DNA of 49,933 nt from Candidatus Jordarchaeia archaeon (GCA_029856435.1 JAHQXB010000114.1:1-49933), one strand, 5' to 3'. Shown: positions 38,142-47,690, counted from the stretch's first letter. The notes: a model not told the origin generated them from the letters alone. Translations and numbers: made by a program.

Positions 38142-38183
38142 TGTGAATCTAACATATGGGATAAAATTTCAGCCCCCTTTTAA
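36921..38183 (+). CDS. tnpB: RNA-guided endonuclease TnpB
   Basis: RuvC-I MGVDIN, RuvC-II IAIERL, Zn finger CSRC...CVKC, RuvC-III NRDRVASLNIA; all three acidic catalytic positions are present. Confidence 0.93.
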   Translation: MRKCLSLSILEPTKAKEKLLRDAYISLLGMVKEALGFLGEVKSQAELHKKTYYLFKYDAASQLIIKAASYAWSIRKTINGDTCRCVIRFDERLFSFKETKRGNPVLSIIFNRRRIGLPIKQDGAYKRLQEHLKEGWKVTSIIMKQDLSFRIILSKELPEPIIRPKWMGVDINSSKIAASIIGGGRVLKQIYFGQDVFAKQFRFEERRAKLQSYRDEGSSRAGLKLKKLSGKQRSYVRTRIWQIANEIVKLAKGLNSNIAIERLRYLRKRKGEWSKKSAHKVNRIPYGFFRHALKRVAEREGIMVIEVKSSYTNQTCSRCWYIENENWRGYVYFKCVKCGYEANRDRVASLNIALRAAPKAGVPKCYFWSQLAEGEASLSKLVLKDEGHRWHQTTPSFKPTDLSVVADCESNIWDKISAPF

Positions 38184-38217
38184 CCTAAAGATGTAAAGTA
38201 AAGGGGAGGTGAATTGG

Positions 38218-38559
38218 ATGTGTGAGTTTAAAGTAACCGTGTCTGATGGTAAAAAGTCGTCTATTGTGGCAACGGATATTATTTACGCCGAGCAAGTTGA
38301 AGGAAAAGTCATTCTGAGAGATATTTTAGGTGTATCTTCAGAGGTGAACTCTGCCATTATCTCCTATGTTAATGTCAATTCCCAACAATTAAAACTTTTA
38401 AGCCTACCCATACTTAAAACCTTCACCAGATTCCTTGAAATTTATGCTAAAAGTGTAACAGAAGATAAGTATAACCCTGAAATCGAAGAAACTTGGAACC
38501 AACTAAAAAATGAGGGTAACCAGCTTATAGAGAATTTAAAGAAGGCCTCTGCTTTTTAG
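38218..38559 (+). CDS. CooT-like nickel-binding protein with C-terminal helical extension
   Basis: MCEFKV...IIYAE..EG.VILRDILG....V.S.I..VNV matches the CooT pattern (Cys2); about 50 extra residues. Confidence 0.65.
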   Translation: MCEFKVTVSDGKKSSIVATDIIYAEQVEGKVILRDILGVSSEVNSAIISYVNVNSQQLKLLSLPILKTFTRFLEIYAKSVTEDKYNPEIEETWNQLKNEGNQLIENLKKASAF

Positions 38560-38563
38560 GATT

Positions 38564-38672
38564 GGAGATGTAGGTTTCGTTCGATTTCGCCTTTGAAGGG
38601 GGCTTTTATAGGACTTCTTTTCTTATGTAGATCTCCAAATTAAGGGGTAGAATCGAACAAATCTCCATTACC
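38564..38672. mobile_element. MITE copy 3 (109 bp, diverged, 10-bp TSD)
   Basis: Ends GGAGATG...CATTACC; internal sequence aligns with copies 1 and 2. Direct repeat TTTTAGGATT at 38554-38563 and 38673-38682. Confidence 0.85.
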
Positions 38673-38817
38673 TTTTAGGATTTAAGAAATGGATTTTGTT
38701 TGGTGTAGATACGGAATACTAAATATATATATTTTATAAATTATTTTTAATTATTATATATTTTTGACATAATTTTTAAATAAAGTAACTTTTTTACATT
38801 AACTTAGTAGGAATCAG

Positions 38818-39375
38818 GTGGACGTTGAAGTGAATCACTTCTTAGGCTTGGGACCTGTACAATTAGTGTATGTGCTTTTTGAGCTAAACATGAAAAATAG
38901 GCGCGCTATAAAGGTTCCCGAGGATGTGCATATAAGAGAGTACAATGCGGAGAAAGACGCAGAACTTCTAGCTATGCTCCACAACAGGACAATGTCTCAT
39001 TGTGAGGACTTCTCACCTATGGATGCAGAATTTGTTAAAAATATCCCGAAGCACACCTCTTTCATTGCAGAGATAGGCGGTTACCCGGTGGGTATGGCTA
39101 TTACGGCGGTTGCAAATGTAGAAAATTGTAGGCAGGGCTACATTGCGGAATTAGGAGTTTTAAAAAATTACCGTTACAGGGGAGTGGGCTCAGCTCTCCT
39201 AAGTAGGGTCTTGGACTTTTTTGAATCAGAAAAGGTGGAGAAGGTGACCTGCGAGGTTTTGGAGAGCAACATAGAGACTATGTACATATTGAAGAGAAAA
39301 GCTTGCTTCGTAGAGGTCGGGAGAGCCACTTATGTTACCTCGCAGATTCCTATTCGCCAGTTTATGGGGCACTAG
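38818..39375 (+). CDS. GNAT family N-acetyltransferase
   Basis: IAELGVLKNYRYRGVGSALL acetyl-CoA motif A. Confidence 0.9.
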   Translation: MDVEVNHFLGLGPVQLVYVLFELNMKNRRAIKVPEDVHIREYNAEKDAELLAMLHNRTMSHCEDFSPMDAEFVKNIPKHTSFIAEIGGYPVGMAITAVANVENCRQGYIAELGVLKNYRYRGVGSALLSRVLDFFESEKVEKVTCEVLESNIETMYILKRKACFVEVGRATYVTSQIPIRQFMGH

Positions 39376-39388
39376 CTGAGGGGAAAAA

Positions 39389-39907
39389 ATGGCGGCGGAA
39401 CTAGAAAAAAGTGTGAGGGTAGGGGGTTATGGAAAAAAGGAAACAATTTACTATTATATGACCAAGACGAATCTAGATGATTTGCCTTTTAATCTTATAA
39501 ATAATTCAATAATAATTAGGAACATAAGGAGGGACGAGCTGCAGAAATTTGTGGATTTAGTGAATGAGAGTCTAACCCACTGTCCTGATCCCTTCATACC
39601 TATGACTTTGGACTTTGCCGAGAAGTGGCCTTTAGAGCAGACCCTTGTTGCTGAGGTTGACGGGGGAATTGTGGGGTTTTTAATGTTTGAGTCACGGGGA
39701 AAAATAGGTTTACCGGTTCAGTTGGGTGTTTTGCCGAAATATCGTAGAAGGGGGGTGGGAACCAGTTTACTTTTGACACTGCTAAGGGATTTTAAGAATC
39801 GGGGAATTAAAGAAGTTAAAATGAAAGTTTTTAAGAATAATGTTCCTGCCCTAACACTCTATAAAAAATTAAAGTTCAAAGTGTATGGAGTAACCATCGA
39901 AGAATAA
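39389..39907 (+). CDS. GNAT family N-acetyltransferase (tandem paralog)
   Basis: LGVLPKYRRRGVGTSLL; N..ALTLYKKLKF. Confidence 0.92.
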   Translation: MAAELEKSVRVGGYGKKETIYYYMTKTNLDDLPFNLINNSIIIRNIRRDELQKFVDLVNESLTHCPDPFIPMTLDFAEKWPLEQTLVAEVDGGIVGFLMFESRGKIGLPVQLGVLPKYRRRGVGTSLLLTLLRDFKNRGIKEVKMKVFKNNVPALTLYKKLKFKVYGVTIEE

Positions 39908-39939
39908 TTCATTTTCTTTTATAGCTAATGTTTTTTAAA

Positions 39940-40977
39940 TTAGATTATGTGGATGAAGTCTTTTGCTTGAGCTTCTGGGGAGCCTACGAGTATCCTGTGG
40001 TATTTTTTTCCTACTTCTTGGGGTGTTACCTCCTCTAGTTTTCCTCTAGTTCTGATCCGTTCCCCTTCTTCTGCAAAGTGACAGAAGATTCCCTCATATG
40101 ACACTACTTCTTTTATGTTTTCGGCACTCTCCCCTTCTATTACTGTAATGTTGTCTATTTCATATTTGCATGGTAGGTAGAGGGATTCGCTGGCGTTTTT
40201 CACCGTGGCTTCTATTAGTGTGAAGCCTTTGCTTTTATATTTTTTCTCCCCGTATTTTTCTTTGATTTCTGATTCTTCCTTTATGGGGTGGATGGAGAAG
40301 CGGGTTCCTTTGTAAAAACCAATGTTCCACTTTCTTTCTAGGAGGAGCCTCGCTTGCTTTGAGTCTAGTTGGAATAATCCCTCTTTCTTTTTAATCCACT
40401 CTTGGGCAACCTCTCCCTGGAAACTTTTTAGCGGCCCGCTTTTTTTAAGATTTAGGACGGCTTCTTTGGTTGCTAGGGAATTTTTTCTTCCGTAGACGGT
40501 TAGGTCTATGTCTGAAAAATTGGGGTTATGGATGTTTATGAGTATGGAGCCAGTTATTCCATATTTCTCCATGGGCACCCCGCTCTCGTCAGATATCATT
40601 TCTATTAACAGAATAGCCTTTTTTTCCAGAGGGTCGAGGTCTTTACGCTTAAGGAGTTCCTTCACCTTTTCCTCTGGATGGTATCTTTCAGCTATGTAGT
40701 TTAGTGGCACCGCAGAAATTATGATGTTGTTTACCTGGTCTTCGTATAGGTAATGGGGATATTTTTCTTCCAATAGTTTGAATCCCTCAGCCACAGATTT
40801 GGCATCGTACTGTTTTAACATTCTTTGGAATCTCTGTGTGCTTCCCCATTTTCCTTCGGCACTCGGCATATATTTTAAATAGGCTAAAAATCTGTCTGGA
40901 GGGTGAGTGTAGCCAATAACACAGAAGAATAGGTTCTCGAGGGTTTTAAGGTAGTCTCTATCTTTTTCTCCACGCAA
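39940..40977 (-). CDS. Archaeal Pol-beta-superfamily nucleotidyltransferase (COG1665-like)
   Basis: GYTHPPDR, GITGSIL...SDIDLTVYG, C-terminal OB-like region with VVSYEG. Confidence 0.85.
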   Translation of the reverse strand: MRGEKDRDYLKTLENLFFCVIGYTHPPDRFLAYLKYMPSAEGKWGSTQRFQRMLKQYDAKSVAEGFKLLEEKYPHYLYEDQVNNIIISAVPLNYIAERYHPEEKVKELLKRKDLDPLEKKAILLIEMISDESGVPMEKYGITGSILINIHNPNFSDIDLTVYGRKNSLATKEAVLNLKKSGPLKSFQGEVAQEWIKKKEGLFQLDSKQARLLLERKWNIGFYKGTRFSIHPIKEESEIKEKYGEKKYKSKGFTLIEATVKNASESLYLPCKYEIDNITVIEGESAENIKEVVSYEGIFCHFAEEGERIRTRGKLEEVTPQEVGKKYHRILVGSPEAQAKDFIHII

Positions 40978-41007
40978 ATTTAAGTCTCCTAAAAATTTTT
41001 GAAATAG

Positions 41008-42060
41008 CTATTTGTGATGATTTCTTTTGACGATTAAAAAGTCCCCTCTTCCTCCTCCCAAAAGTAACCTGTGGTATGTTTCACTTTTCGTGATTACTCT
41101 CTCGACTTTTCCTTGGGCAATGAATTTTTCGTTTTCTCTGACTTGGTCGCAGAAGCGTCCTCGGTAGGACACTATTTCCCTGATTTTGGGGGCTTCACCC
41201 TCCAAAGTTTTTGTATGTTTTATGACGTATTTGCAAGGGGTAAATATGGATTCACTATCATCAGTAACTATTCCCTCTATTCTGGCAATGTTTAGGGATA
41301 CGTACTTTGAGTCTCCGTATTTCTCGCGTATTTCTCTTGGATCCTTAATAAACCGTATAAAGAAGTCTCTTCCATTAACCTCTCCTGATGTGCACTTCCT
41401 CTTTTCGCTAAATAGGTAGTCTTCGTAACTCATCAGTGTGTCTTTGACCCTGAAATTGTACAATTTTCTTAAACCTTCTTCGTTATAAGGTTTTATTGCG
41501 GTGTTGCTGTTGTTGAAGAGGTTTCTCAGCGCCTCGTATGCCCTGCGGGAATTTTTTTCGCCATAAACTATTATGTCCACGTCTGAGTCGGGATTTGCCA
41601 AATCAACTAGAGTAGAGCCAGATACTCCTATTTTGTTTATTGAAATTTTAGATTCTTTTCGGAGAATTTCCACAAAGAGTAGCGCATCCCTCTCCAAATC
41701 ATCCAAGGACTCTGCAACCAACAATTTTTGAAGCTTATCTGTAGGCTTGTGAACCTCTTTTATTTGACTTCTTAGAACACCTTCAAGCTTCAAACCAAAC
41801 ACGGCGTCAAAATATACATATCGGGGGAAGTGTTTAACTAGATACTTTTCTCTGTCTTCTAGGGAGTAAACCTTACTATACTTCTTACCATTCTTTCTGG
41901 TTCTCTCCCCTTCAGCATCTGGATAATATCTCAGATATGCTATTACCCTATCGGGGGGATGCACTAGACCCTTTACATCAAAAATTAGATTATTTTTGTC
42001 CTCTATAAAATCCCCCTCTAGAATGGGCTTCCTGTATCTCAATTTTTCACACTCAAACAT
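41008..42060 (-). CDS. Archaeal Pol-beta-superfamily nucleotidyltransferase (COG1665-like), tandem paralog
   Basis: GLVHPPDR, GVSGSTL...SDVDIIVYG, IVSYRGRF. Confidence 0.87.
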   Translation of the reverse strand: MFECEKLRYRKPILEGDFIEDKNNLIFDVKGLVHPPDRVIAYLRYYPDAEGERTRKNGKKYSKVYSLEDREKYLVKHFPRYVYFDAVFGLKLEGVLRSQIKEVHKPTDKLQKLLVAESLDDLERDALLFVEILRKESKISINKIGVSGSTLVDLANPDSDVDIIVYGEKNSRRAYEALRNLFNNSNTAIKPYNEEGLRKLYNFRVKDTLMSYEDYLFSEKRKCTSGEVNGRDFFIRFIKDPREIREKYGDSKYVSLNIARIEGIVTDDSESIFTPCKYVIKHTKTLEGEAPKIREIVSYRGRFCDQVRENEKFIAQGKVERVITKSETYHRLLLGGGRGDFLIVKRNHHK

Positions 42061-42070
42061 TTATTTTTCT

Positions 42071-43057
42071 TTACAATTTTTGGTGGCTTGGTTTATAGAT
42101 TGTTCTTGTGGGAAATGGGTCTAGTGCTTTTCTTATCTCTCCTAGGGTGGTGGCCTTTGTGGCGTAGGCATTGTAGCCGTGTACTGATTCCATGCTTTCA
42201 ACTTCAACAACTATTTCGGTGGAGTCCGGAAGTTCTTTAAACTTTTGAGCACTTCGGTAAATTATCTGCCGTGCTGTGTCTTCGACAAATTTGGGGTTCA
42301 GGTGTGCTATGCGTATTAGCTGGGCTTCGTCTGGCCTTTTTAGAACATCTTGTATCACACCGCTCATGGATTCCTCAATTATCTGTGTGAGGTCTTTTAT
42401 GCCTACTGATTGCTCCTTGGGAACCTCTATCATTATTTTTGCTCTGCACCTTTGGCTGTGTGAAGCTATGGGTATGAGGTTTAAAATTTTTTCAATGGAG
42501 TCATCACTTATTTTGAATTCCTTAGCTCTGTTTTTAAGCATAATTCTTGAATAGTCCTTAGTGATTTCTTGCCCGCAGGGACAAACCGTCATGCCTTGAC
42601 CGCTTACCCCCAAAAAGATTTTGGTAGCTATTTCTCCCTTCCTCCTTTCCCCCACTCCTTTGGCGTACACAATGTAATGCTTTTGCCTCTTAACCCCTGT
42701 TTCCCCACTTTTTACATCGAAAACCAGTGGGCTCTCCATGTTAACTATTGCATGTGAAGCGTAGTCATGTTTCTCAAGAAGCGTTTTAACTAGTTTCTCA
42801 CAAAAACCCTCAATGCTTGCCATAGGGCGGTAGGAAATTTCCTCTATTATTTCTTCGATGGTTTCAATACTTCTAGACATGTGAATCCCCCTCATGTTGT
42901 GAGGAAGATCGATGAATGCTGAAATTGAAGGTAAGAGGATAATTTCCTCGCCATCTTTAGTTATTTTGACACGTTTAACTATGCCAACTAGTCCAACCTT
43001 ATCCAGACCTATGGGTAAAAGCGCTTCCTGGTTTTGAACGTCTGGAAGTTCCACCAC
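42071..43057 (-). CDS. mptA: GTP cyclohydrolase MptA (FolE2 family)
   Basis: LPDVQ, RGIHMSR, GMTVCPC, ASHSQR, LKRPDE, NPKFVED, ESVHGYNAYA. Confidence 0.93.
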   Translation of the reverse strand: MVELPDVQNQEALLPIGLDKVGLVGIVKRVKITKDGEEIILLPSISAFIDLPHNMRGIHMSRSIETIEEIIEEISYRPMASIEGFCEKLVKTLLEKHDYASHAIVNMESPLVFDVKSGETGVKRQKHYIVYAKGVGERRKGEIATKIFLGVSGQGMTVCPCGQEITKDYSRIMLKNRAKEFKISDDSIEKILNLIPIASHSQRCRAKIMIEVPKEQSVGIKDLTQIIEESMSGVIQDVLKRPDEAQLIRIAHLNPKFVEDTARQIIYRSAQKFKELPDSTEIVVEVESMESVHGYNAYATKATTLGEIRKALDPFPTRTIYKPSHQKL

Positions 43058-44616
43058 TATTCATCCTCTCCAAAAATGTTCGAATCTTGAGCGTAGCTCT
43101 TGCCCAAAAGTAAACATATTTCAGCCTTACTTAATTCTCTGCCGAGATACAGAGCATGATCCATCCTGCTAACTAGTCCTAAAGAAATAATTTTCTTACC
43201 GAGAGCCTCCGCAGACAAGCCTTTAAGCAGCAGCTCTTTATTTGAGCTTGAATCACTAAATAGTACATATAATTTTCCCTCTTCATGGTTAACCCATATC
43301 TTGAAGTAGCCCTTAGGGTCGGGGATGTAGGACTCATCGGCTACGCCGGTTTCTACCACCTCAACATTCTCAACACGTGGTTCTATGTAATCAGTCTTAC
43401 TTTTTGATTTTAGCAATGTCAACCCCAAATCCTTTAATGTTTTATCTCTCTTAGAAGCTATAAAGGCCATCATGGTCGCCCTACTAAGTTCATACACGCT
43501 GCGTCTAGTTTTCACACTGTGTTCTGTGGTTAGGAGAAGGGATACTCCAAGTTCTACCGCTAAACAAGCCAAAAGACCATTGACTCCCACACTATCAACG
43601 TCCATAAATTCTGTGACATTTCCCACCCCAAACATCATGGGCAGAGACTGACTATTTCTCCTGAACAGTATATAGGACTCCAAAGATTTGGATAAACCGG
43701 GACTAATTGGAGATTCTAGGAGGGGATCAACAATGATTTTTTTGAATCCGTACCTCTCAACAGTCTGACACAAGTTTATTAGATTTTCAACTCGTTCTTT
43801 GGCCGTTTTGGGCAGGAACCCCATTTTAACGTTGGTTGGAAGCAAAACTACGCCTACATCCTTAGGCAGAGACTTCAGCTCCTCTATATTACCCTGATCT
43901 AAACTCAAAACTAAGTCCGCTCCAGCTTCCACTCCTGCCTCTATTTCGGAGGGAAGCATGGAGTCGATGGATACGGGCACCAGAAATTTCTCTTTCAGTA
44001 GGGAGATTATTTCTCCGAGTTTGCTTGAATTGTCCTCACCCACCACTGCCCCCACATCTATCATGTTTGCCCCGGAGCGGACATAGTACTCTGCAGTTTG
44101 TATCAATTTTTCCAAATCTAATTTTGGCGCGTCAACTATCTCAGCTAGGACTCTAGGCGGAAAATCGAGGCCCACATAAACCGGTTTGATTCCCCTTCCT
44201 ATCTTGAAATTTCTAAAATCCTCAATAGTACTTTTTTCCGATTGGGAAAGTAAATAAGTGTACTCTTCTATTCCTCTTTTTTTAAGAATATAGTCTGCAG
44301 GGTAGATCTTTGATAGGGGAATATCTAAATTGTCCAGAATCAATGGGATATCGGAGGCATACTTTGGACCTTTAAAAGTTGGAATTTTCAGTTCATCCTC
44401 AATTATGCTAACGTCCCCTTTAACAAGACCGGGGACAATTAACAAATCATATTTTTGGGATATTTTGTCCCGCAACTGTTTAACTATAAAGTCGGGAGAT
44501 AAGAATGCGGCCACCGAAACAGGCAATGCAATAACGTCAACCTCTAGACTACTCTGAGAAGCGACCTTCTCTACGTAATCTTTAGCCAGCCTCCCAGTGA
44601 CTAGTAAAATCTTCAA
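43057..44616 (-). CDS. Dihydropteroate synthase-like protein with C-terminal DUF4346-like domain
   Basis: LLVTGRLA, AEIVDAP, GANMIDVG, PVSIDS, FGVGNVTE..DVDSVGVN, DPKGYFKI. Confidence 0.9.
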   Translation of the reverse strand: MKILLVTGRLAKDYVEKVASQSSLEVDVIALPVSVAAFLSPDFIVKQLRDKISQKYDLLIVPGLVKGDVSIIEDELKIPTFKGPKYASDIPLILDNLDIPLSKIYPADYILKKRGIEEYTYLLSQSEKSTIEDFRNFKIGRGIKPVYVGLDFPPRVLAEIVDAPKLDLEKLIQTAEYYVRSGANMIDVGAVVGEDNSSKLGEIISLLKEKFLVPVSIDSMLPSEIEAGVEAGADLVLSLDQGNIEELKSLPKDVGVVLLPTNVKMGFLPKTAKERVENLINLCQTVERYGFKKIIVDPLLESPISPGLSKSLESYILFRRNSQSLPMMFGVGNVTEFMDVDSVGVNGLLACLAVELGVSLLLTTEHSVKTRRSVYELSRATMMAFIASKRDKTLKDLGLTLLKSKSKTDYIEPRVENVEVVETGVADESYIPDPKGYFKIWVNHEEGKLYVLFSDSSSNKELLLKGLSAEALGKKIISLGLVSRMDHALYLGRELSKAEICLLLGKSYAQDSNIFGEDE

Positions 44617-45348
44617 TTAACTCACACCCAGAGACGAAATGGCATCATGGATTTCGGAGGGTTTCTCCAAAACCTTTACGCCCTCAAAGAGCATTATTTT
44701 GCGCACGTTTTCTGCGTCTAATTTTCGCACCCTAGTTTTTACCTCTTTTCCAAAACTAATCGCGCCGTAAGGACATAAGTCTACGCATATTTTACAGCAT
44801 CGGCACAGGGTCAAATCAATGTTGGGCTTCCCAACCATCTTAATAGCATTGCTCGAACATTTTATTAGAGGCGGGCAAGTATCACATCCCCTACAAGCTT
44901 CATAGTCTATAACAACAGGTAGCTTTGTGGTAACTATGCCCTCCTTATAATCTGTAGGTACAATGTATACCGGTACATTTCCCTTCTGTGCCTGTGCAAA
45001 GGCGGAGGTCACCAATGTGTCGGCTATTCCGCAAGCTATCTTTGCTACAGTATTGGCTGTTGCTGGCGAAATCACAAGAAGAGCATAAGTCCCCCTAGCG
45101 AGCCTCCCAGCCTTGGGAAACCCCTTCCCCTGCTCCCTCTCCAAAACTATTTCTTGATAATAGCCTCCCGGAGATATTTGTTTAAGCTTGTCAAGAACTC
45201 CATAAATGCGTGCCACCTCTTCTCCTGCACATGACAAAAAGGTGGTGATTTTAAACTGTCTATTACTAGCCAACTTTAAGAATACTTCAAAGCTTTCAAG
45301 AAGGAAATGGCCGGCTCCCGTAATGCACCATGCTATGTTAAATACCAA
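44617..45348 (-). CDS. dmrX: Archaeal flavoprotein with 2x[4Fe-4S], dihydromethanopterin reductase DmrX-like
   Basis: IAWCITGAGHFL, SPATANTVAKI..GIADTLVT, CRGCDTCP...C and CRCCKICVDLCP. Confidence 0.8.
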   Translation of the reverse strand: MVFNIAWCITGAGHFLLESFEVFLKLASNRQFKITTFLSCAGEEVARIYGVLDKLKQISPGGYYQEIVLEREQGKGFPKAGRLARGTYALLVISPATANTVAKIACGIADTLVTSAFAQAQKGNVPVYIVPTDYKEGIVTTKLPVVIDYEACRGCDTCPPLIKCSSNAIKMVGKPNIDLTLCRCCKICVDLCPYGAISFGKEVKTRVRKLDAENVRKIMLFEGVKVLEKPSEIHDAISSLGVS

Positions 45349-46417
45349 GTTTCTCCCTCAACTCTTCAATCTCTTTAAAATAAACATAGTCAAGGACAGT
45401 TCCCGAAGCCTCCCTAATCTTCAAAGATTCAACCAAATCCTTGTTACTGCCTCCTGCCAGTCCATCAGCAATTAGAGCCGCTCCCTGAGCTGCTTCCTTT
45501 GCTATTTTGGCAAACCCCTCAACTCTTCTGACACCTGCGAAGCCTGATAATCTTTGGGTAAGTTCTCTTTGGATTCCTTCCACCCTTGATAGCCTACCTG
45601 AAAGAAGTATTTGGGGCGCATCACCTACTGAAACATTGATTGCTGCAATGTCCTTAACGGTGCTTTCTAGGAGGGCTTCCCAAGCCATTTTAAAACGCTC
45701 ATCCCTCTCAGCCATAATTTCAAATTCCTGTGGGCTTAATCCATTATACCCAGCGATGTATGCAGCTCCGCCTGTATATAACAGGTTCTTGTCAAACTTA
45801 CCCAGTAAATAGGCTACTTCTGCATCCAGCCCCCCGCAGGCTAAAAATCCTATACCGCCTTCTGCTCCCCCTATCCCATCAACTATTTGTCCATTCTTAA
45901 TTCCCATAACTGCGGTGAATCCACTACCCATCTCCACCAGAACAAAGGATATTTTGCTGTAGTTTTTTTGCAGCCTTCTGGACTCCTCATATAGTGCAAG
46001 TGCTACGCTGCAGAGTTTGTCTGAGGTTCCCATATCTATTTTACCCACCTTTCTAAATTTGGGGACGGTGGGTAGATGTTTGACTCCCGGAATGAAGTAG
46101 CCGTTTATTTTTTCACGTTTAAGAAGCTCAATCACTTCGTTCAGCCCTATTAGTTTCCTTTCCTCCTCCCTCTTTAGTGTGAGAAGAAAGGATTTTTTCT
46201 CGTCAAGTTCATCAATTCTGGTGAGTGGCAGACCATACCCGCTGGGAGCAACAATTAGGTCTAGGTTGCCCATTGACTTTACCACGTCAATTACCAGCGA
46301 AGGTGTTGAAACAATATTCTTAGTGGAAATGGAAGTGTCTAGAATTAATTTTCCATCTTCCAGCCCAATAAAATCCCACGATCCAGTTCCGGGATCAATT
46401 CCACAAACTCTAACCAT
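45338..46417 (-). CDS. DUF1464 family ASKHA-fold protein
   Basis: GIDPGTGSWD, APSGYG, DMGTSDK, GQIVDGIGG, AKEAAQGAALIADGLAGG. Confidence 0.85.
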   Translation of the reverse strand: MVRVCGIDPGTGSWDFIGLEDGKLILDTSISTKNIVSTPSLVIDVVKSMGNLDLIVAPSGYGLPLTRIDELDEKKSFLLTLKREEERKLIGLNEVIELLKREKINGYFIPGVKHLPTVPKFRKVGKIDMGTSDKLCSVALALYEESRRLQKNYSKISFVLVEMGSGFTAVMGIKNGQIVDGIGGAEGGIGFLACGGLDAEVAYLLGKFDKNLLYTGGAAYIAGYNGLSPQEFEIMAERDERFKMAWEALLESTVKDIAAINVSVGDAPQILLSGRLSRVEGIQRELTQRLSGFAGVRRVEGFAKIAKEAAQGAALIADGLAGGSNKDLVESLKIREASGTVLDYVYFKEIEELREKLGI

Positions 46418-46451
46418 AAGTAGCCCCCTTACAAAGTGGGGAGTAAAAAAA

Positions 46452-47453
46452 TTAACTGCTAAGTAGTATTAAATCGGTTTCTTCTATTTCAACGCCACTG
46501 TTGTTAACGTTTGAAATGAATACGCTTCCTCCAGTATGCTTTTTGAGGAAAAGCTCTGTTTCCAAGGCTAATTTTTCGGCGGCTTCTATCCCTTCCACCA
46601 ATCCATAAACTGCGGGGCCGAAGGAACTTACTCCTGAACCATAGGCTCCTTTCATCATCATATGATTTATTAACTTCTTTACCACAGGATCCTGCAACTC
46701 AACTTCTACCTTTTTAAAACCAACCCTCTGTATTTCAAAAAGGCTTTCTCCAAAATTTTGGATATCTCCTTCTACCAGTGCTGGAAGAGTTTTCATCAAG
46801 ATGAGATGGCTAAGTTTTTCAACTTCACTCAAGGGAAGGGGACAATATTTTTGAAAGATTCCCACTTCTCGGGCTCCATGTGCCCCCCTGTCCACGTTGG
46901 GCACTCCGATTACAAATAACCAATCCTCTGGAACATCCTGTCTAATTATTATGGGTGCGGGGGGGGCTTTTGAAGCTGATGAAGGTAGAAACTTTTCTTT
47001 CTGTTTTCCCGGTCCAAATGTGTGTCCCCCGTCCATTATAAATCCTCCATGTTCAAAGGCGGCGGCGCCTATGCCGGATGTTCCAGCTCGCCCAACGATT
47101 CTTGCTAATTCTCTTACTGAGAAGGTGCCTCCATTGATTCTGCTGATGGCGGTTGCGACGGCTAGGGAGAGTTGGGTTTTTGATCCTAAACCTATGTGTT
47201 CGGGTATTGTGGATTTAACTTTTATTTTTATACCGCTGCCGGGCGCGATTTTGTCAATGACATTTTTAGCAATGAATTCTGTTAGCTCTTTTTTTTCTCC
47301 TTCCACTATGATTTTGTCCGCTTTTTCCGCTTCTATAAGTACGTTTGGATAATTTAGTGCTACTCCTATTCCCCCATCGATTCTGCCATGTGCGCCGTTG
47401 AGATCGATTAGGGTGAAGTGTAGTCTGCTGGGGGTTTTTATTCTTATTTTCAC
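46452..47453 (-). CDS. mptG: Beta-ribofuranosylaminobenzene 5'-phosphate synthase
   Basis: TPSRLHFTLIDLNG..GRIDGG, HIGLGSKTQ, GRAGTSGIG, GGFIMDGGH, SSFGP. Confidence 0.93.
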   Translation of the reverse strand: MKIRIKTPSRLHFTLIDLNGAHGRIDGGIGVALNYPNVLIEAEKADKIIVEGEKKELTEFIAKNVIDKIAPGSGIKIKVKSTIPEHIGLGSKTQLSLAVATAISRINGGTFSVRELARIVGRAGTSGIGAAAFEHGGFIMDGGHTFGPGKQKEKFLPSSASKAPPAPIIIRQDVPEDWLFVIGVPNVDRGAHGAREVGIFQKYCPLPLSEVEKLSHLILMKTLPALVEGDIQNFGESLFEIQRVGFKKVEVELQDPVVKKLINHMMMKGAYGSGVSSFGPAVYGLVEGIEAAEKLALETELFLKKHTGGSVFISNVNNSGVEIEETDLILLSS

Positions 47454-47690
47454 TTTTTTCCCTCTTTGTTGTGTTTGCTCTCCCTCATCTCCTAATAGTT
47501 TAGTGTAGTTAATTACACTTCAGTGAAGATGAATACATTTAATCCATAGGCAAATTGTCCAAACCAACATATAAATTTATCTAAAAAAGAAACAACCACA
47601 TAATTAATAAAGAAAGAGGATATATAATCAGTCCCTAAACAATGAAAAACAATAATAGCACCGCAACACTAGTTATTCCACACTCATCTG

